Origin: Monocercomonoides exilis PA203
Lineage: Eukaryota > Protista > Preaxostyla
Assembly (NCBI GenBank): GCA_001643675.2
Contig: LSRY02000049.1
Coordinates: forward strand, 620,001-684,000
DNA length: 64,000 bases
Direction: 5' to 3'
Shown: positions 1 through 13,218 of the stretch, piece by piece
Numbering within the stretch: the first letter of the stretch is position 1
How the letters are laid out: each line of letters starts with the position of its first letter
The notes under the pieces: generated by a model
What the model saw: the letters and a program-made list of their open reading frames with translations, nothing else
Database searches by the model: none
What the model was told of the DNA's origin: nothing
Program-made: the position numbers and the translations under genes

Positions 1-938
1 TAAAGATGATGATGCAATTTGCGAAGTGTGAGATGGAACAGAAAGCTGCTCTTCAGATCCAGAAAATCTTCCAGATTTGCCCGATGCAGATTTCGCTGGA
101 TGCTGAACTTTTGAAGAAGATGATTGATTAGATTTATCCTTGTGATAAAGAGATTTTGGTTTTTGTTGAGATGATTGAAGCGAAAAAGCAGGAGAGTGAG
201 TAGAAGAAGGAGATTGTGAAGGAGACTGTGAAGTAATAGTTGTCATAAATATAAATGGATCTTCGGGTTCCTCTTTTGTTTCTTCACTTTCTGAAACAAC
301 ACTAGCATGTTTATCTTGCTTTTTAGCCTTGACAACAGGAGAATTTTCAGTTTGATCATCTGACTCTTGGATCTTTTCTTCCACTTTTGGTGAATCACCC
401 ATTTTCGAAGAATTCTCTACAGCAATTGATTGCCTTTTTTTATCCAAAGCTTTTTGAATCTTTTTTTGCAATACTTCACGATATTGTTTTGCTGCCCTTG
501 AAGAATATTTCTTTTGAAGATCAAAACTTTGTTGCGAATCCGTCCATCCATGAGTTTCAAAAAATTCCTTCGCTTTTTTATTTCCTCCCAATTCAAGTGA
601 TAAAATTTCAGATTCTCTCAATTCATCAAGATCAGTTGAACTATTTTGAAGAGCATGAAATAACATAAATCAAATGAAATAAAAAGCAAACCGAATAAAC
701 GTTTGAGCAACTCCCAGTCCTCGATGAATTCCAGCACATGCAATGCAAATACATACTCCATAAGATGCTGACATCCATCCCGTAGAATAAGCTCCGCAAT
801 CAAAGCAATACTGCATAAGATCATAAGCAACAAAATATTCAAAATAATACCCTTCTAAAAGCATCATACTCTATTATCGCGCTGTTGCTTCACAACTGCA
901 AGCCTCTCTTTCCAATCTGGAGAGTCTGTGCGAGACAT
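1..938 (-). CDS. ArfGAP-domain protein (ADP-ribosylation factor GTPase-activating protein); 3' end runs off the window
   Basis: Exons 938-870, 810-692 and 640-<1 with GT-AG introns give [90 protein letters not shown]...[11 protein letters not shown]. This is the CxxC-x16-CxxC-x4-R ArfGAP zinc finger plus the RS.xLD and GGN motifs, followed by a low-complexity tail. Confidence 0.93.
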
Positions 939-1119
939 TTATTGATTTTATTGATCAAATGAACCTATATAAAATTTAAACTATTTGATCAATGAAACCA
1001 TTTGGAATTTAATACAAATTATTTGATGAATATTTTTCATGTCATTCATTTTATGATCGAAAATTCTCTTTTTTAAAACCTTTTATATTTTCTGAGGTTC
1101 GTGTTTTTTGTTGCAATTG

Positions 1120-1971
1120 ATGATAACAGACATTCGCTGGTTTCTTGAACCTCATGGACTAAATTATTCGGTTTTCTAACTCATTATTGCGATCGAAAGA
1201 ATGATAGATAAAAAATCCTTATTTTGAAATATGTACTATGTCTCTTTAATTTGATTGGTGTTTGATTTTTCAGGTTCAGCTCAGTAAAGAAGTTGAAAAA
1301 CAACTTGAACAAGGGTTTCTTCATCAAGAAGTTGGAGATCATGCGCTTCAAAAAGTAATTATAGATTTTCACCCTTCTCAAGAAAGTGTTGAAAGTCTTT
1401 TTTCAAAACCGCCACATCAAGTTGAATATTTTATTGATTTCAAAACAATGAAATTGATTTCATGTGTTGATAAATATGAGGCAAGAATACGCCGAATAGA
1501 TGCAAACGCTACTCCAAGCATTGGATCTCCTATAATCGTTTCATTTGTTTGGCCATTCCAAGGTTCTAGGGTTTTTCTTAGAGGATCTTTCGATGGGTGG
1601 AAATCAAGTGTTCCATTACAACGCAGAAAAGATGACGGAATTTGGGAAGTTACCCTTTTGCTTCTTCCTGGTTTGTAATTTATATTAGAAAAGATTATAT
1701 AAGTTTTATTTAACCTTTTGAAAAAATGGAATTTTGTTGTTAGGATTTACTTATGAATACAAATTTCTAGTTGATGGAAAATGGATGCACAGAATTGATG
1801 AACACGCAACAAGAGACAAAGAAGGTGTGTATTATTATTTGAAAAATAGAATTTTAGTAATTATATTCAACTTGCTATATCATTGGTTTATTTTCTTTAT
1901 GAATATTTTTAGGCAATATCAACAATCTTATTCATGTTCATCTTCCTCAATCAGTTGTGTGCTCTCTCTGA
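1120..1971 (+). CDS. Protein with N-terminal WWE-like domain and C-terminal CBM48 (AMPK-beta-type glycogen-binding) domain
   Basis: Phase-consistent exons 1120-1170, 1274-1670, 1744-1824 and 1913-1971. The C-terminal part VSFVWPFQGSRVFLRGSFDGWK...GIWEVTLLLLPG-FTYEYKFLVDGKW...GNINN is a typical CBM48. The N-terminal part IRWFLEPHG...SKEVEKQLEQGF...YFIDFKTMK...ARIRR resembles WWE (lower confidence). Confidence 0.82.
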
Positions 1972-2407
1972 ACTTCTTCCTGACTAATCATCTCTCCATT
2001 TCATCAACTCATCTCATCATTCGTGCGTCTGGAGCGTTCATTCTGGTTCTTTCAACTGGCTCTCCGGAGCTTTTATAATTCTTTTATCTTGACATTTTAA
2101 AATGTCATAACTTACAATTATCTTGAAATCTGAAGTATTCAATTTCTGCCATTCTTCTTATTGTGCCATTTTAATCTGTCAATTGCGACACTATCTTTTT
2201 CTTCACTTCTGCACAGCCAATCAAAAAATTAAAAAAATATTTTTTCTAATTTTTTTGTTTTCGATGTAGTGAAGTTAAAATAAGTCAAAATTCAAAAATT
2301 CAAAAAAATGCTAAGAAAAGTAAAGAACACACAACAAATGTTAAAAAGAAACAAACAAAGTGAGAAAGAAAGCGCCAAAAGGCGAATAAGAACAGCAGCG
2401 ACCCGCT

Positions 2408-5400
2408 CTACTCAGTCTTAAATCCATCGAGAAGGCTCTTCAGATCAGCTATTTCAGACATCAAGTCCATGCTCCTGTCATCGTCTTCGTTCTTGCTTTC
2501 ATTCGCAAAGGAGCTGTTCAGCGCCTCTGGCTGCGGGAGACTTTGCTGAGCGGCAGCTAATTTCGGCGGGTACGAGGCAAACGACGAAGGTGTTGGTGCT
2601 GCCGCGTTTTTTGCATAAACAGATGAAGAAGATGTTGAAGATGATGGAGATGATGATGATGGAGATGATGATGATGATGCAAACGAAGAGGCAGACGAAG
2701 AAGGATTTGCAGCATTTGTGCTTGTTTCAGATGAGCGGAAGGATCTTTTGTCTTCGACATTCTCAGTCGCAGAAAGCGTGCCAGAAAGGGGATTTACAGC
2801 TGGCGAAGACGATGAGAGAGAAGCAGAGGCTGAGGCTGAGGCTGAACCAGAGCCAGAAGAATTAGAATTAGAATTAGAATTAGAATTAGAATTAGAAGAA
2901 GAAGAAGAAGAGCGCATTTGTGAGGGATGAACACTGGAGTCAATAGAAGAGGACAGAGAAGAGATGGACATCGAGAGCGATTCTCGAACAGAGGGAGAAG
3001 AGGAGGTGGATGGCAAAGAGTTTGAAGCAGAAGAGGAAGAAGAAGAAGAGGTAGATGCTGAAGAAGAAGAAGAAGCAGAAGAAGATGATGAAGGTGATGA
3101 GGTTGGAGATGATAAAGGATATCTTGTTGATGGAGGGGCAGACTCATAAACAATTCTTCCTTCGCCTTCGTTTGCCATCTTTTCTGAAGAGAAGTTCAAC
3201 TGGTTGGAAGAAGAGGCAGAGGCAGAGGAAGGATCAGAGGAGGTGCGAATCGAAGGGACAGCAGACGAAGCGGTGTGTGATGAAAGACTGGGTGTGTGCG
3301 ACGAAGAGCGCACGTGCGATGGCGAGGCAGAGGAGAAAGGAGCATTCGCAGGTGATGGAGAAGAAGAGGAAGAGGACTGGACAGCAGAGATGATGTATGC
3401 AGTGGGCGAGATTGGTGGCTGGGATGTGAATGAGGAAGGGCTTGAAGAAGAAGAAGATGATGATGAGGCTGATGCAGAAGCAGAGGAGGAGGAAGACGAA
3501 GCAGATGAGGGCGAAGCCACAGGTCTGCTTCGGATGGGTGTTGTTGGCGGATAAACGGGAGTGGAAGCGGTCGACGACTGCGCCGAAGACGAGGCAGAGG
3601 AGCCAGACATCGACGGGCGGCGCGGAGTGACGAGCGAAAGAGTCGGAACAGCAGAGGCAGCGATGCTCTTGTTGAGAGGAGCAGAGTGTGTTCCATTCAA
3701 ATTCGAAGTCAGCGTCATCGTGCCGAACCCGCTGGACGTCTTCAGGCGGTGGTTCTCTCCCAGCACTTGGCGGTACTTCGCATTCAGCTCGTCGTACAAG
3801 TCTTCCAACTCGCCCAGCGCTTTCTTCTTCGACTCCAACAGCTCGTTCGCGTCGCGCAGCTCGTTCTCGAGCTTCTTCATCTGCTGCTCTGTCGCCAGCA
3901 TCTCGTCCTCTCTCTCCTTTTCCCGCTTCTCCAGTTGCTCCTTCAGCATGTTCTTCGCGGCCTCGCACAGCTCATACGAGTCCTTGATCGACTCCAGCTC
4001 GTTCACAGCGATCGTCAGGTCCCTCTCGAGCGAGTTCTTCTCCTCCAGCAGGCTCGCATAGCTCACACGCACCGACCGCGCGTCGCTCTCTGCAGCCGAG
4101 TGCTTCTCCCTCTTCTCGTCCAGCTGCCGCGTCAGCGCCTCGTACCGCTCCTTCAGCACAGACAGCTGCTGCTGCAGTGTGGCAATCTCTGCATGGCTCT
4201 GTGCTTTGTCTGCTCTGTGCGACGCAATCTCCCTCTGCAGCGCTTCAGTCGCTTTCTGCAGCTCGCTCTCCATCCGCTCGGTCTCTTCTTTCATCTGCTT
4301 CCGCTCCGCTTCTGTCACTTGCTTGTCTCGCTTGATCTGCTGGAACAGAATCTCAAATTCTCCTTTCAGCTTCTTCATGTGCTCTACGTCACGCTGATAG
4401 CTCTCTTCTTCTTCTTTCTTCTTCTCCAGTTCTTGCACTACATCCTCTTTCTCTCTCTCGACCTGCCCCAGCTGTTCTTTCATCTCCCGCATCTCGTCCT
4501 TCATCCGCTCGTATTCCTCCTTCAGCTCGTCTGAACTCATCGTCGAGTTGAACACATGCTCCTGCAGCATCCTCCGTTCTGCCTCTCTTTCTTCCTGCTC
4601 TTTCTCCATCTCGTTCGTCAGGTCTGCCACTTTGTCCTGGCTCTCCTTCAGCTTCGCCTCCAGTACAATCACATTCCTCCGCTCAGCATCTAACTCCTTC
4701 TGCAGATCCATCATTGCTGCGTGGTGCTCCTTCAGTGTCGCCTCCATCCTCTCCATCAGAGCAATCTTCTCTTTCTCTCTCTCTGTGATCACCTGCGACT
4801 CACTCAGCGTCGCTGCTAGTCTTTCCTTCTCGCGCACTTGCATATTCAGAATCTCCTCACGCAGCTTGTCGTTCTGTGCAGACAGGCCATCCTTCGCTGC
4901 CCGCTCTTCATTCAGCATCATCCGCACATCACTCGTCTTCTTCTTCTCCTCCTCCAACATGTTCAGATACTCTTTCCTTCTCTCCTCCTTCTCTTTCTCC
5001 TTCTGCACTGCCTCATCTTCCATCTCGTGCATTCGTGTCAGCATCGCCTCAATCTCAACGCGGCTGTGCTCTTTCGCTTCTTCAACGCGTCGTTCCATCT
5101 CCTTCGTCTTGGCCCGCTCTTCCTCCAATTCGCGCCCTTGCGCCTCCACTTTCCGCTCAAACTGCTGAATTTTAGACAGAATTCCAGCTTTTTCAGCAGA
5201 CGTGATTGCTTTCTCTTCGTCCAGCTTTGACCGCCCAGCTGCAACCGCCTCGTCGCACCGCTTTCGCAGTTCGTTTGCTTCGTTGCTCTTCTTCTCGATG
5301 TCTTCCAGCAATCGTTCGTTCTCCTTCTTCATGTCATTAATGCGCTCTTTCAACAGCACAATATCCCTTTCTCTCTCTTTCATCTCCCGCTCTTTCTCCA

Positions 5401-6965
5401 TCGACGTGCTGGTCATCTCCTTCTCCTTCTCTCTCAGCTCGTCTGCTTTCTTCTTCTCTCCCATCCGCAGCGCGTGGATCTGCTCGTTCAACAGCTGCCT
5501 CTCAATTCGGTGTCTGTCCTTCAAGTTCTTAATTTCTGTGTTTGCCTGAGCCAACTCATCAGCCGTCTGCTCTTTTTCATTCTGCTCTTGCCGCTTCTGC
5601 TTTTCTGTCGCATGCAGCTCGTCTTGCAATGACTCGATCGTCTCTGACTGCGACTTCGCTGTCTCCTTCAGCTTGTGCAGCTCTTCTTCCATTTGGGCTT
5701 GGATGTTCTGCATCTTCTCTTCCTTTTCGGTGTATTCGCGAGCTTTCAGTTCACTCGATAACTCCTTTTCTCGTATCTGCTTTTGCAATTCTTCCACTTT
5801 CATCTTCTCTTCTTTCAGCGCACATTCATTTTCCGCATCTCTACGCTGTCTTTCTTCACGTAATGTCTTTTCTTCATTTTTTCTTTCTTCTTCCTCTTCT
5901 TCTCTTTGTTCTTTTTCTTTTTTCCATTCTTCTTCCTTTTCCGTAAGCTCTTTTTCGAGATTGTCAGCACGTCTTTTCTCTCTCTTTGCATCCTCTTCTG
6001 CACGCCTTTGTGCAGCCAATGCCTCTTCTAGCCCTTCTTTGGCCTCGTGATGTGCATTAACAACACTTGATTGGATGCTTAATGCATCAGCAGCCACTTT
6101 CTCTGATTGAGCAAGCTTTTCCTTCGTACTTTCGAATTCTGCTTTGATTTCTGAAATTTCTTTTTCCATTTTTTCTATTTGACTGTCTTTCTTTAGAAGA
6201 GAATGCGAAAGAGTATATATTTGTTGCTCATAACCACCAATTTGCTTTGTACTCTCTTCAAGAGTTTTCATTTGTGATTCATGCTGCTCCATCAGTTGTT
6301 GAAGATTTGATGTTAAGAGTTCGTTCGATCGTTTTGCTTCTTCAAGTTCTTTCGTCATTTCTTGATTTCCGCTTTCCAATTGTGCTGCCTTTTCTGTTAA
6401 GGCTGTGATGTCTCTTTCTTGTGCCTTTGTTTTCTTTTCCAAATCTGATGCAATTTTTCTCATGCGAAGTTCTTCGTTTGCAATTTGTTCTTGCGACTTT
6501 TGAGATGAATATGCTTCTGATTCAGACTGTTCAAGCTTTTTTTCTAATGAAGATAAAAGTTGCATTTTAGCCTCGTTGTCTTGTATGCTCTGAGCTAATT
6601 GTTGTTTCATTGCTTCATACTCATGCAGTATATGTCCCTTTTGCAAAAGAATTACACAATAAAATTTATTAGAGTAAATAACTGATTATAAAAATTAAAT
6701 TACCTTTTTCTCCCCAAGACCTAGTTCTGCGGCTCTAGAATCGAGTGCCGCCTTTAAAACTGACACATAAGCGCGAAGTTCTTCATTGTCTTTCGTGAGA
6801 CTTTGAAGAGATGAGAGCATTTGTCGCTTCTCTTTATTCAAAGAATCATCTTGAATTGCAGGTTTCGAAGTTCGCTAATAGAAATGTATTGTGTTCAAAA
6901 AACATATATATATTACATGTGATAAAAAGAAAAATATAGAAAACCCGTGTCGATGTTGAATGCAT
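2408..6965 (-). CDS. Large coiled-coil protein (~1473 aa) with Ser-rich low-complexity C-terminal third
   Basis: The 1412-aa ORF is extended by two phase-0 exons (6965-6945, 6874-6704; main exon 6637-2408). It has E/K/Q/L heptad-like sequence for ~970 aa, then poly-Ser/SN repeats and a short C-terminal amphipathic helix (DLMSEIADLKSLLDGF). Confidence 0.85.
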
Positions 6966-7218
6966 CTTTCAGATTTGAAATAAAAAAGGCGATCTAACGA
7001 TCAATTAAAGTTTAAATTATATATAATTCTATTGATCACAAAAATTTAAAAATTCATTTGAAAGAAAATAAAAATGATGAACAGCAATACAACATTAAAT
7101 CTCACAGGAAATTAATAGGAAACATTTAAATTAGCAATATTTTGTTTTTTCACGTGAATAATTTGGAAAAAGAAAACTTGAAATTCGAGAAGAGCAAATG
7201 AATAACTGAAGATTACTT

Positions 7219-10077
7219 CTACAATGCAAATGGATTTGAATTCTTGGATTCTTTGATTTGGCTCATATGTCCAATGCGCAATGACGTATTTTTATGTTTT
7301 TTCCTTTTTTTGTGTAGCTTATCATTGTTGTTATTTGCGCTGCTTTCAAAAAATGACTGAAAAGATGGCTTTGAAAATGAACGTCTCCTTTTAAAAAATT
7401 TTAATTTTTGTGCTGCCTTCAAAGAAGAACAGTGCAATTGAGCCAATAAGAAATTCGGATCAAACGCAAACGGAGTAACAATAATTTGGCTTTCCTTTTG
7501 ATGGGCAAAGCTTGGCACAGCAGGCAAAATTGCATTTGACTCGCTTTGTGGAGGAGTTGGAAGAAGAACTTTTGGTCGATTTGTAGCGACTGTTGGAGGC
7601 TTGTCATCTGGTTGCAAGATAAACTCCACAGGCATAAGGGTGTCTCTAAAAGAAAAATCAGCTGATGAAGATGAAGATGAAGATGGAGATGACAATGGTA
7701 TGGTTTGTCTTCTGAAGAGTGAGAAATATTTTGAGAACTGAGAAAATTTTGGTTGTTCTTTCACATTTCCTTTTGAAAAAACCACACACGGATATGTTTC
7801 TAATCCAAAGGATAGATTCTTGAAATGTAAATCAGACTTTAATTTGTTGTGTTCTGAGTATAAATTCGCTCGACTTTCTTCTCCCGCTTTGCCAATGTGA
7901 CTTGGAAGTCTGCAATCAGTTGCATGTAAATGATTGTGAATGGGATGAGGAAACATTTTAAATTGATTCGATTGCATTGAATTTCTCTTCTCTTGTTCAC
8001 CTTTCGCTGAATCATCTGATGCCAACAAATTAATTTCTTGTTGTCCAACTGAATTTTCAGATAGTCTCTTTTCTTGAGAAATCATATCAGAGAAAGATTG
8101 ATGTTTCAAATTATCACAGTTCTGTTGGCTTATGTTAATCATGTTATCCTCAGCTTCTTTTATAGATTTACCATATTCTTGCTGAACATATGAGCTATCA
8201 AAAGTGTTTGAATTCTCCAAAGCATCTCGTTTTGACTGTAAATCTGACTCTTGTGCCAGATGTGCCAAATCAGAAAGAGATTGCTCTGAAATTGCTGCCA
8301 ATGGAACTTCATTAAGAGGATATGTTTCGATCAAATCAAAATTCACCGCGTTTTCATTCAAAGATAAATATCCGGTGCTTTCACTTTGGTCAAACAGTTC
8401 CTTTGGTGCTGCCTCTTTCTTAGGCGAGCGCAGCATTGCACTAAAGTCAAGATAGGTCGGATCGCCTCGCTTCTTCCGCTCTTTTTGCTTCCATTTCGTG
8501 TATTCAATCAAATATCGGTCCAGATGCGTCAGCTGCCCGCGCTGAGCCTGCTTTTCGAGCTTCTTTTCTTTCCTCGCTATTTCCGTCACAAGCTCGCCCC
8601 TCTCTTTTTCTGTCATTTCTTTGTCTTCGGCGTCTCTCAAGAGGCTCTTCAGCTCCTCAATCGTGAAATGACCCCACTTGCTGTGCCCTGCACCGTCCTC
8701 CTCTTTCGCCTTCTCACACATCATTTTGTACTCTGCTTTGTCCCACAGCTCTTTTTCCTCATCATCTGTGATCCAGTCTTTTCTGACCCATTCGCCATAC
8801 ACTCTGAAATGCCTTTTGGCATCTTCCAATTCCCTTTTGACAATCAGCAATTTTGCCTTCTTGTCTTTTTCTAGTTGACTCATCTTCAACAAATTGTGTC
8901 GTTCTAATTCTGAATCTGCTTCTATTTCAGACAAAATATAAGGAGCTGTTGTATTAGTAGTAGAAGAAAAAGCAGAGTTTGCATATTTTTGACTGTATTC
9001 CCCTGTCTTTGATGAAAGCTCCAGATCTTTCCATTCTCGAATCATTTTTTCCTTCTCGTACTCAGCCATTTCAGATTTCCGCTGGCCATCAATCTCCATG
9101 TCGATGTCGTGGCACATCTCTTTTTTCTTTGATAGAACAGGATGCCATTCAAGAAGTGCGCCTTCTGCATCATCAGCTTCTTCTTCTTTGACTTTTTCTA
9201 TTTCTTGTTGTTGAATTATATTATCTGAGCTAATTAATATTGCTGGTTGGCTCTTTTTAGTGTTTAAAGGAAGAGGATGATTTACCGATATGTTAACTTC
9301 AGTCATAGTCGCATTTGGTTTCAAAGTTGTGTTTTCTGATTTATGATGTCTTAGGATACAAAGAGAGCGAAGCTCAGCAAAAAGGTCTGGAGCAGTCAAT
9401 AAATATACAGGACGATCTGCATCTTCAATGACAATTTTTGATTTTTGTTTTGCGACTTTTGTTTTATCACTATAAATTTCTGGGTTGTTTTCAGAAAAAT
9501 GTTTTTCTTCTTTTAGGAACGGAACTGAGAAATCTTGTTTTTTCAAAGATGACTCTTGTTGTTTCTTCTGGTCCGTTTCTGTTATTTTCTTATGAAAAAT
9601 ACTATTTCTTGCTGTGTTATTCAATGAAGAACAAGACATCAAACGAAAAGAAGAAGAATTTGAAGATGATGAAGACAAAGAAGAAGAAAAATATGGACGA
9701 TAAGAAGAATATTTTATTCTCGACATCATGGAAGAAATATGTGCGCTTTCATGTAATGGTTGAGCAACCCCACATTGAAAAAGTGAAGTTGTATTTCCTT
9801 GGCTTGTTATTCTGGAACGAATATCAAGAAAAGGAGTTGAAGAAATGTTTTCAGTTGATGCTTTTGTTCCTAAATTTTCATCTTCCGTTGAAATTCTCTG
9901 TATAATTTTTATAATATTGATTCAAATTATTAAATAACAAAACGAGAAAATAGAAAATATGAATAACTGTAACAAAGTTGTCAAAAGCAAAAAAATACAC
10001 TAAAATTTTCGATGCTCTTCATCTAAAAATTATTATATACATTAACATACATCCAATGGCCATGAGTCTTTTCTCAT
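7219..10077 (-). CDS. Hypothetical protein, paralogue A of a three-gene tandem family
   Basis: 836-aa ORF whose frame stays open to an acceptor near 9898. Two tentative phase-0 micro-exons from ATG 10077 give MRKDSWPLD-MKSIENFS-RISTEDE. Contains the shared domain ELEDAKRHFRVYGEWVRKDWI..EEKELWDKAE..TIEELK. The 5' model is uncertain. Confidence 0.75.
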
Positions 10078-10581
10078 AAACAAATATTATCAATAAGATT
10101 GTTCCATAAACAAAATTGTGGGCTATTCTTGTGAAAAATGAAAAGTTGAAAAGAGAGTAACTTTTGTTGTTGTAGCATTGATTTCGCGAATAATCAAAAT
10201 GAAAATAAAAAATAATGAGTCAGATCATTTGAATTTAATGATCTTGAAAAAGCGAGTGAACAGAGAATGGAATCGGAATTAAATCAAACAGATTTGCAAT
10301 GATTCTATTTCTAAACCATTCGCAAGAATAATGATTTTGTTTCAATGAACAGCTTATATTCATACAAATATAAGTTGAAACAAATTGTTCTTTTCGGGGC
10401 ATTTTTGCTGAAAAATGATAATTTTTCTTTGATATAGCAAAATGTTGTATATAGAACATACATAAATTAAAAATCAATATATCTGTATCTTTGTTGAATC
10501 GAAAAATGTTCTCATTGTTTAAAATAAAAGATTTTTTAAAATTAATAATAGTCAGAAATAGTGCATCCAATTATAGTTTCT

Positions 10582-13218
10582 TCATTCTAAATCTTGGGCA
10601 TTTTGTTTGTCTTGACCAAAAAGAAGGGTTTGAACAGTATACTTTGAGCAAAATTCCGCCTCCAGTTTATGTTCTTGTAAAAACATCTCAGCAAGTTGCT
10701 CTCTTGACAAATTTTCGAAATGCCTTTTTTTCATAAAATACCAACTTTTCCATTGCTTCTTGAGGCTTTTGCTGGGTTCATCAAAACTCCATAGAAATTT
10801 TTTTTGTAAATGAGTTTTAGCAAAGATCCGTTTAAAAATCAACATTCTTAAGCTTTTGTACCTTTTTTGGGTTTCCTTTCGATGAGCGAGAGTAAAATTA
10901 CTATATCTGCGAGATGAAAGCTGCAAACTGAAAAACAAAGGCACTATTGTCGCTTGAGGCAATTCATCGAAATTAGGAATAAAAGAAGAATCGCAAATGA
11001 TTTCTTCATTTGGAAAATCGTAAGTCTTTGAATCGTAATATATTTTATCACAAATTTGCTTACAATTTTCGTTGTAATTTACCGTATGCAAATTGAATGC
11101 TCCTTTTTTCACTTCGCCAAGAAATGATTGCTTCATTGAAAATGAAGAGCGCGAAAGAGAAGATGAACAATGAGAAGCAATGAGCGAGTTAATCGAATTT
11201 GAATTTGTTTGAAAACGGAATAATTGAGTAGACAGCTGTTGTTGCACAGACGGAGTTAGAAAGTGCGGCAAGGCAGGAATTGTTCCGTGATAAGATGGAA
11301 CATTCACATATTCAATTCTGTTGTGCATGTGCTCGTTTTCTTGGAGTTGCAGAACATCAACTGCAGTTATAGAACTTGAGCACGCACCAATTCCATCAAA
11401 ATATAAATTGACATCTTCACCTTTGCTGTTGTTCGTATATTTTTGTTGGTAAATATTCTTTCTCGTTTCTTTTTTCATCCAATCTCCTTCATCCCTTTCA
11501 TCATCAAAATCTTCTTCTTCTTCTTTGTATTCATTTTTTTGTTCCGATATTTGTTCAAAGCAATTTATTTTCTTTAGCCTACTGCTTTTTCTCATTTCCT
11601 TTTTTGCTGTTTTTTCCTCTTCTTTCTGCAGAGTTTCCAAGAATCGGAACACATTTGAAGTTTTTAATTGCTTCTCCTGCATCGCCAGCAGCTTCTCTTT
11701 CCTTTCAATCTTCACCCGAAGTGCTTCATCACTGTCTCTATCCGCACAGTCTTCCATTCCTCTTAGCTCTTCCAGCCTCTGCTTCAGCTCTTCAAGTGTC
11801 TCGCTCTCCGCTGTTGAGTCAATATCTGCCTCTTCTCTCCTTTTTTCTTTCAAAAGAATTTTCTTCTCTGCTTCTTCCCACATTTCCTCTTCAACTGCAT
11901 CGATTGCTGCACTGTTTCTGACCCACACTCCGAACACTCTGAAATGCCTTTTGGCTTCTGCAATCTCCTCTTTCACTTCCTGTATCTGTCTCTTTCTTGC
12001 TCTTTCTTCCGCTTTTCTATTTTCTTCACCCATTTCTTCTTCTTCTTCTCCTCCTCCTCCTCCTTCTTCTTCTTCTTCTTCTTCTTCTCCCCCTTCTCTC
12101 CCTTCTTTTCCTTTCATTTCATCTCCTTTCCTTTCATTTGAATCGCTTTGAGTAAACTCTTCCAAACGTATACGACGTTCAATCGCCTTTCTTTCCCATT
12201 TTTCTGTCATCTCATTTCTTATCTTTTTTTCGAGTTTTCCATTCTGCGCTTGGTTGCTTCCCCAATCACGTTCTGTTCTATCTTCAACTTCGTTGATCAT
12301 AGGAAACGAAAGAATTGCCTCGCAATCATCGCCAATATGAGACATCGAACTCAATGCAGACGACATATCCAATGACTGGCTATCGCAATTAGTTCCTTGA
12401 GGTCTCTTGCCAACATTCAAACTCGCATGTGAATAATCATTGAAACCTGTGACTTCATTTGCGTCTTTAGCCATTTTACCAAGCTTGCTGATAACATCAT
12501 TTTGCGTTTCCTTGCTTTTTCTATTCTGAGAAAGCTGCAAAATTGCGTCTGAAATATATTTTTCTGTGGAATTCAACTGTTCTTGTGTGTATTTCAAGAG
12601 CATATCCCGTTTCTTCTCATTTATTGAAAAGGGATTTTTTTGGATGTGTGTCGGACTAATCACATTTTCCATCTCCGTTGAATTCTCAGTTTTCTGATTT
12701 GATTCAAATTTGAGTTGTGCTTTCCGTTGTTCAACATCTTGATGCATTTTGTCCAATTTATACTTGCTCTGAAATTTGATTGAAGCTTGTGGTGTATCCG
12801 TTCCGGCAATCATCACTTTCTCTATTCCAAAATTGTCTGTGCACTCTTCAGCTATCGCTTCTCTTCTTAAACATTCTATTCTTTTTGGAGAAGAAGGTCT
12901 GTCCAGAGTCTTTGAATTTCTTATGTTTGTATAAATTGGTTGCAAAGGGATATTTGAATATGAAGATTGTTGAAGCTCTCTGACTTCACTACAGCAGGAT
13001 TGAGTATCATCTGGCGAAGTTGATATTTTTCCAAGTTCGCTTTCATCTATTCCTTTCCATGTTTGCCGTCTCGTCTTCGTTTGAAAAAAATATCTGTCCT
13101 TGGCTGTTTCATCCACGTTCTTTTGATATTCACGTGAAATTGATCTTTCATTAGTATTTCCCAACTGGAGGACAAATGGATAAGACGAATGATTTGACAG
13201 CATTGATTGTTCAAACAT
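10582..13218 (-). CDS. Hypothetical protein, paralogue B of the tandem family (5' exons probably extend to ~13500)
   Basis: 878-aa ORF with the shared domain EIAEAKRHFRVFGVWVRNSAAI..EEEMWEEAE..TLEELK..SNVFRF. The frame is open upstream of the ATG to an AG acceptor near 13310. Confidence 0.78.
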   Translation of the reverse strand: MFEQSMLSNHSSYPFVLQLGNTNERSISREYQKNVDETAKDRYFFQTKTRRQTWKGIDESELGKISTSPDDTQSCCSEVRELQQSSYSNIPLQPIYTNIRNSKTLDRPSSPKRIECLRREAIAEECTDNFGIEKVMIAGTDTPQASIKFQSKYKLDKMHQDVEQRKAQLKFESNQKTENSTEMENVISPTHIQKNPFSINEKKRDMLLKYTQEQLNSTEKYISDAILQLSQNRKSKETQNDVISKLGKMAKDANEVTGFNDYSHASLNVGKRPQGTNCDSQSLDMSSALSSMSHIGDDCEAILSFPMINEVEDRTERDWGSNQAQNGKLEKKIRNEMTEKWERKAIERRIRLEEFTQSDSNERKGDEMKGKEGREGGEEEEEEEEGGGGGEEEEEMGEENRKAEERARKRQIQEVKEEIAEAKRHFRVFGVWVRNSAAIDAVEEEMWEEAEKKILLKEKRREEADIDSTAESETLEELKQRLEELRGMEDCADRDSDEALRVKIERKEKLLAMQEKQLKTSNVFRFLETLQKEEEKTAKKEMRKSSRLKKINCFEQISEQKNEYKEEEEDFDDERDEGDWMKKETRKNIYQQKYTNNSKGEDVNLYFDGIGACSSSITAVDVLQLQENEHMHNRIEYVNVPSYHGTIPALPHFLTPSVQQQLSTQLFRFQTNSNSINSLIASHCSSSLSRSSFSMKQSFLGEVKKGAFNLHTVNYNENCKQICDKIYYDSKTYDFPNEEIICDSSFIPNFDELPQATIVPLFFSLQLSSRRYSNFTLAHRKETQKRYKSLRMLIFKRIFAKTHLQKKFLWSFDEPSKSLKKQWKSWYFMKKRHFENLSREQLAEMFLQEHKLEAEFCSKYTVQTLLFGQDKQNAQDLE

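Noticed and set aside
2557-6050. Many overlapping ORFs on both strands
   Set aside because: These are shadow frames of the low-complexity coiled-coil/Ser-rich gene, with no independent motifs.
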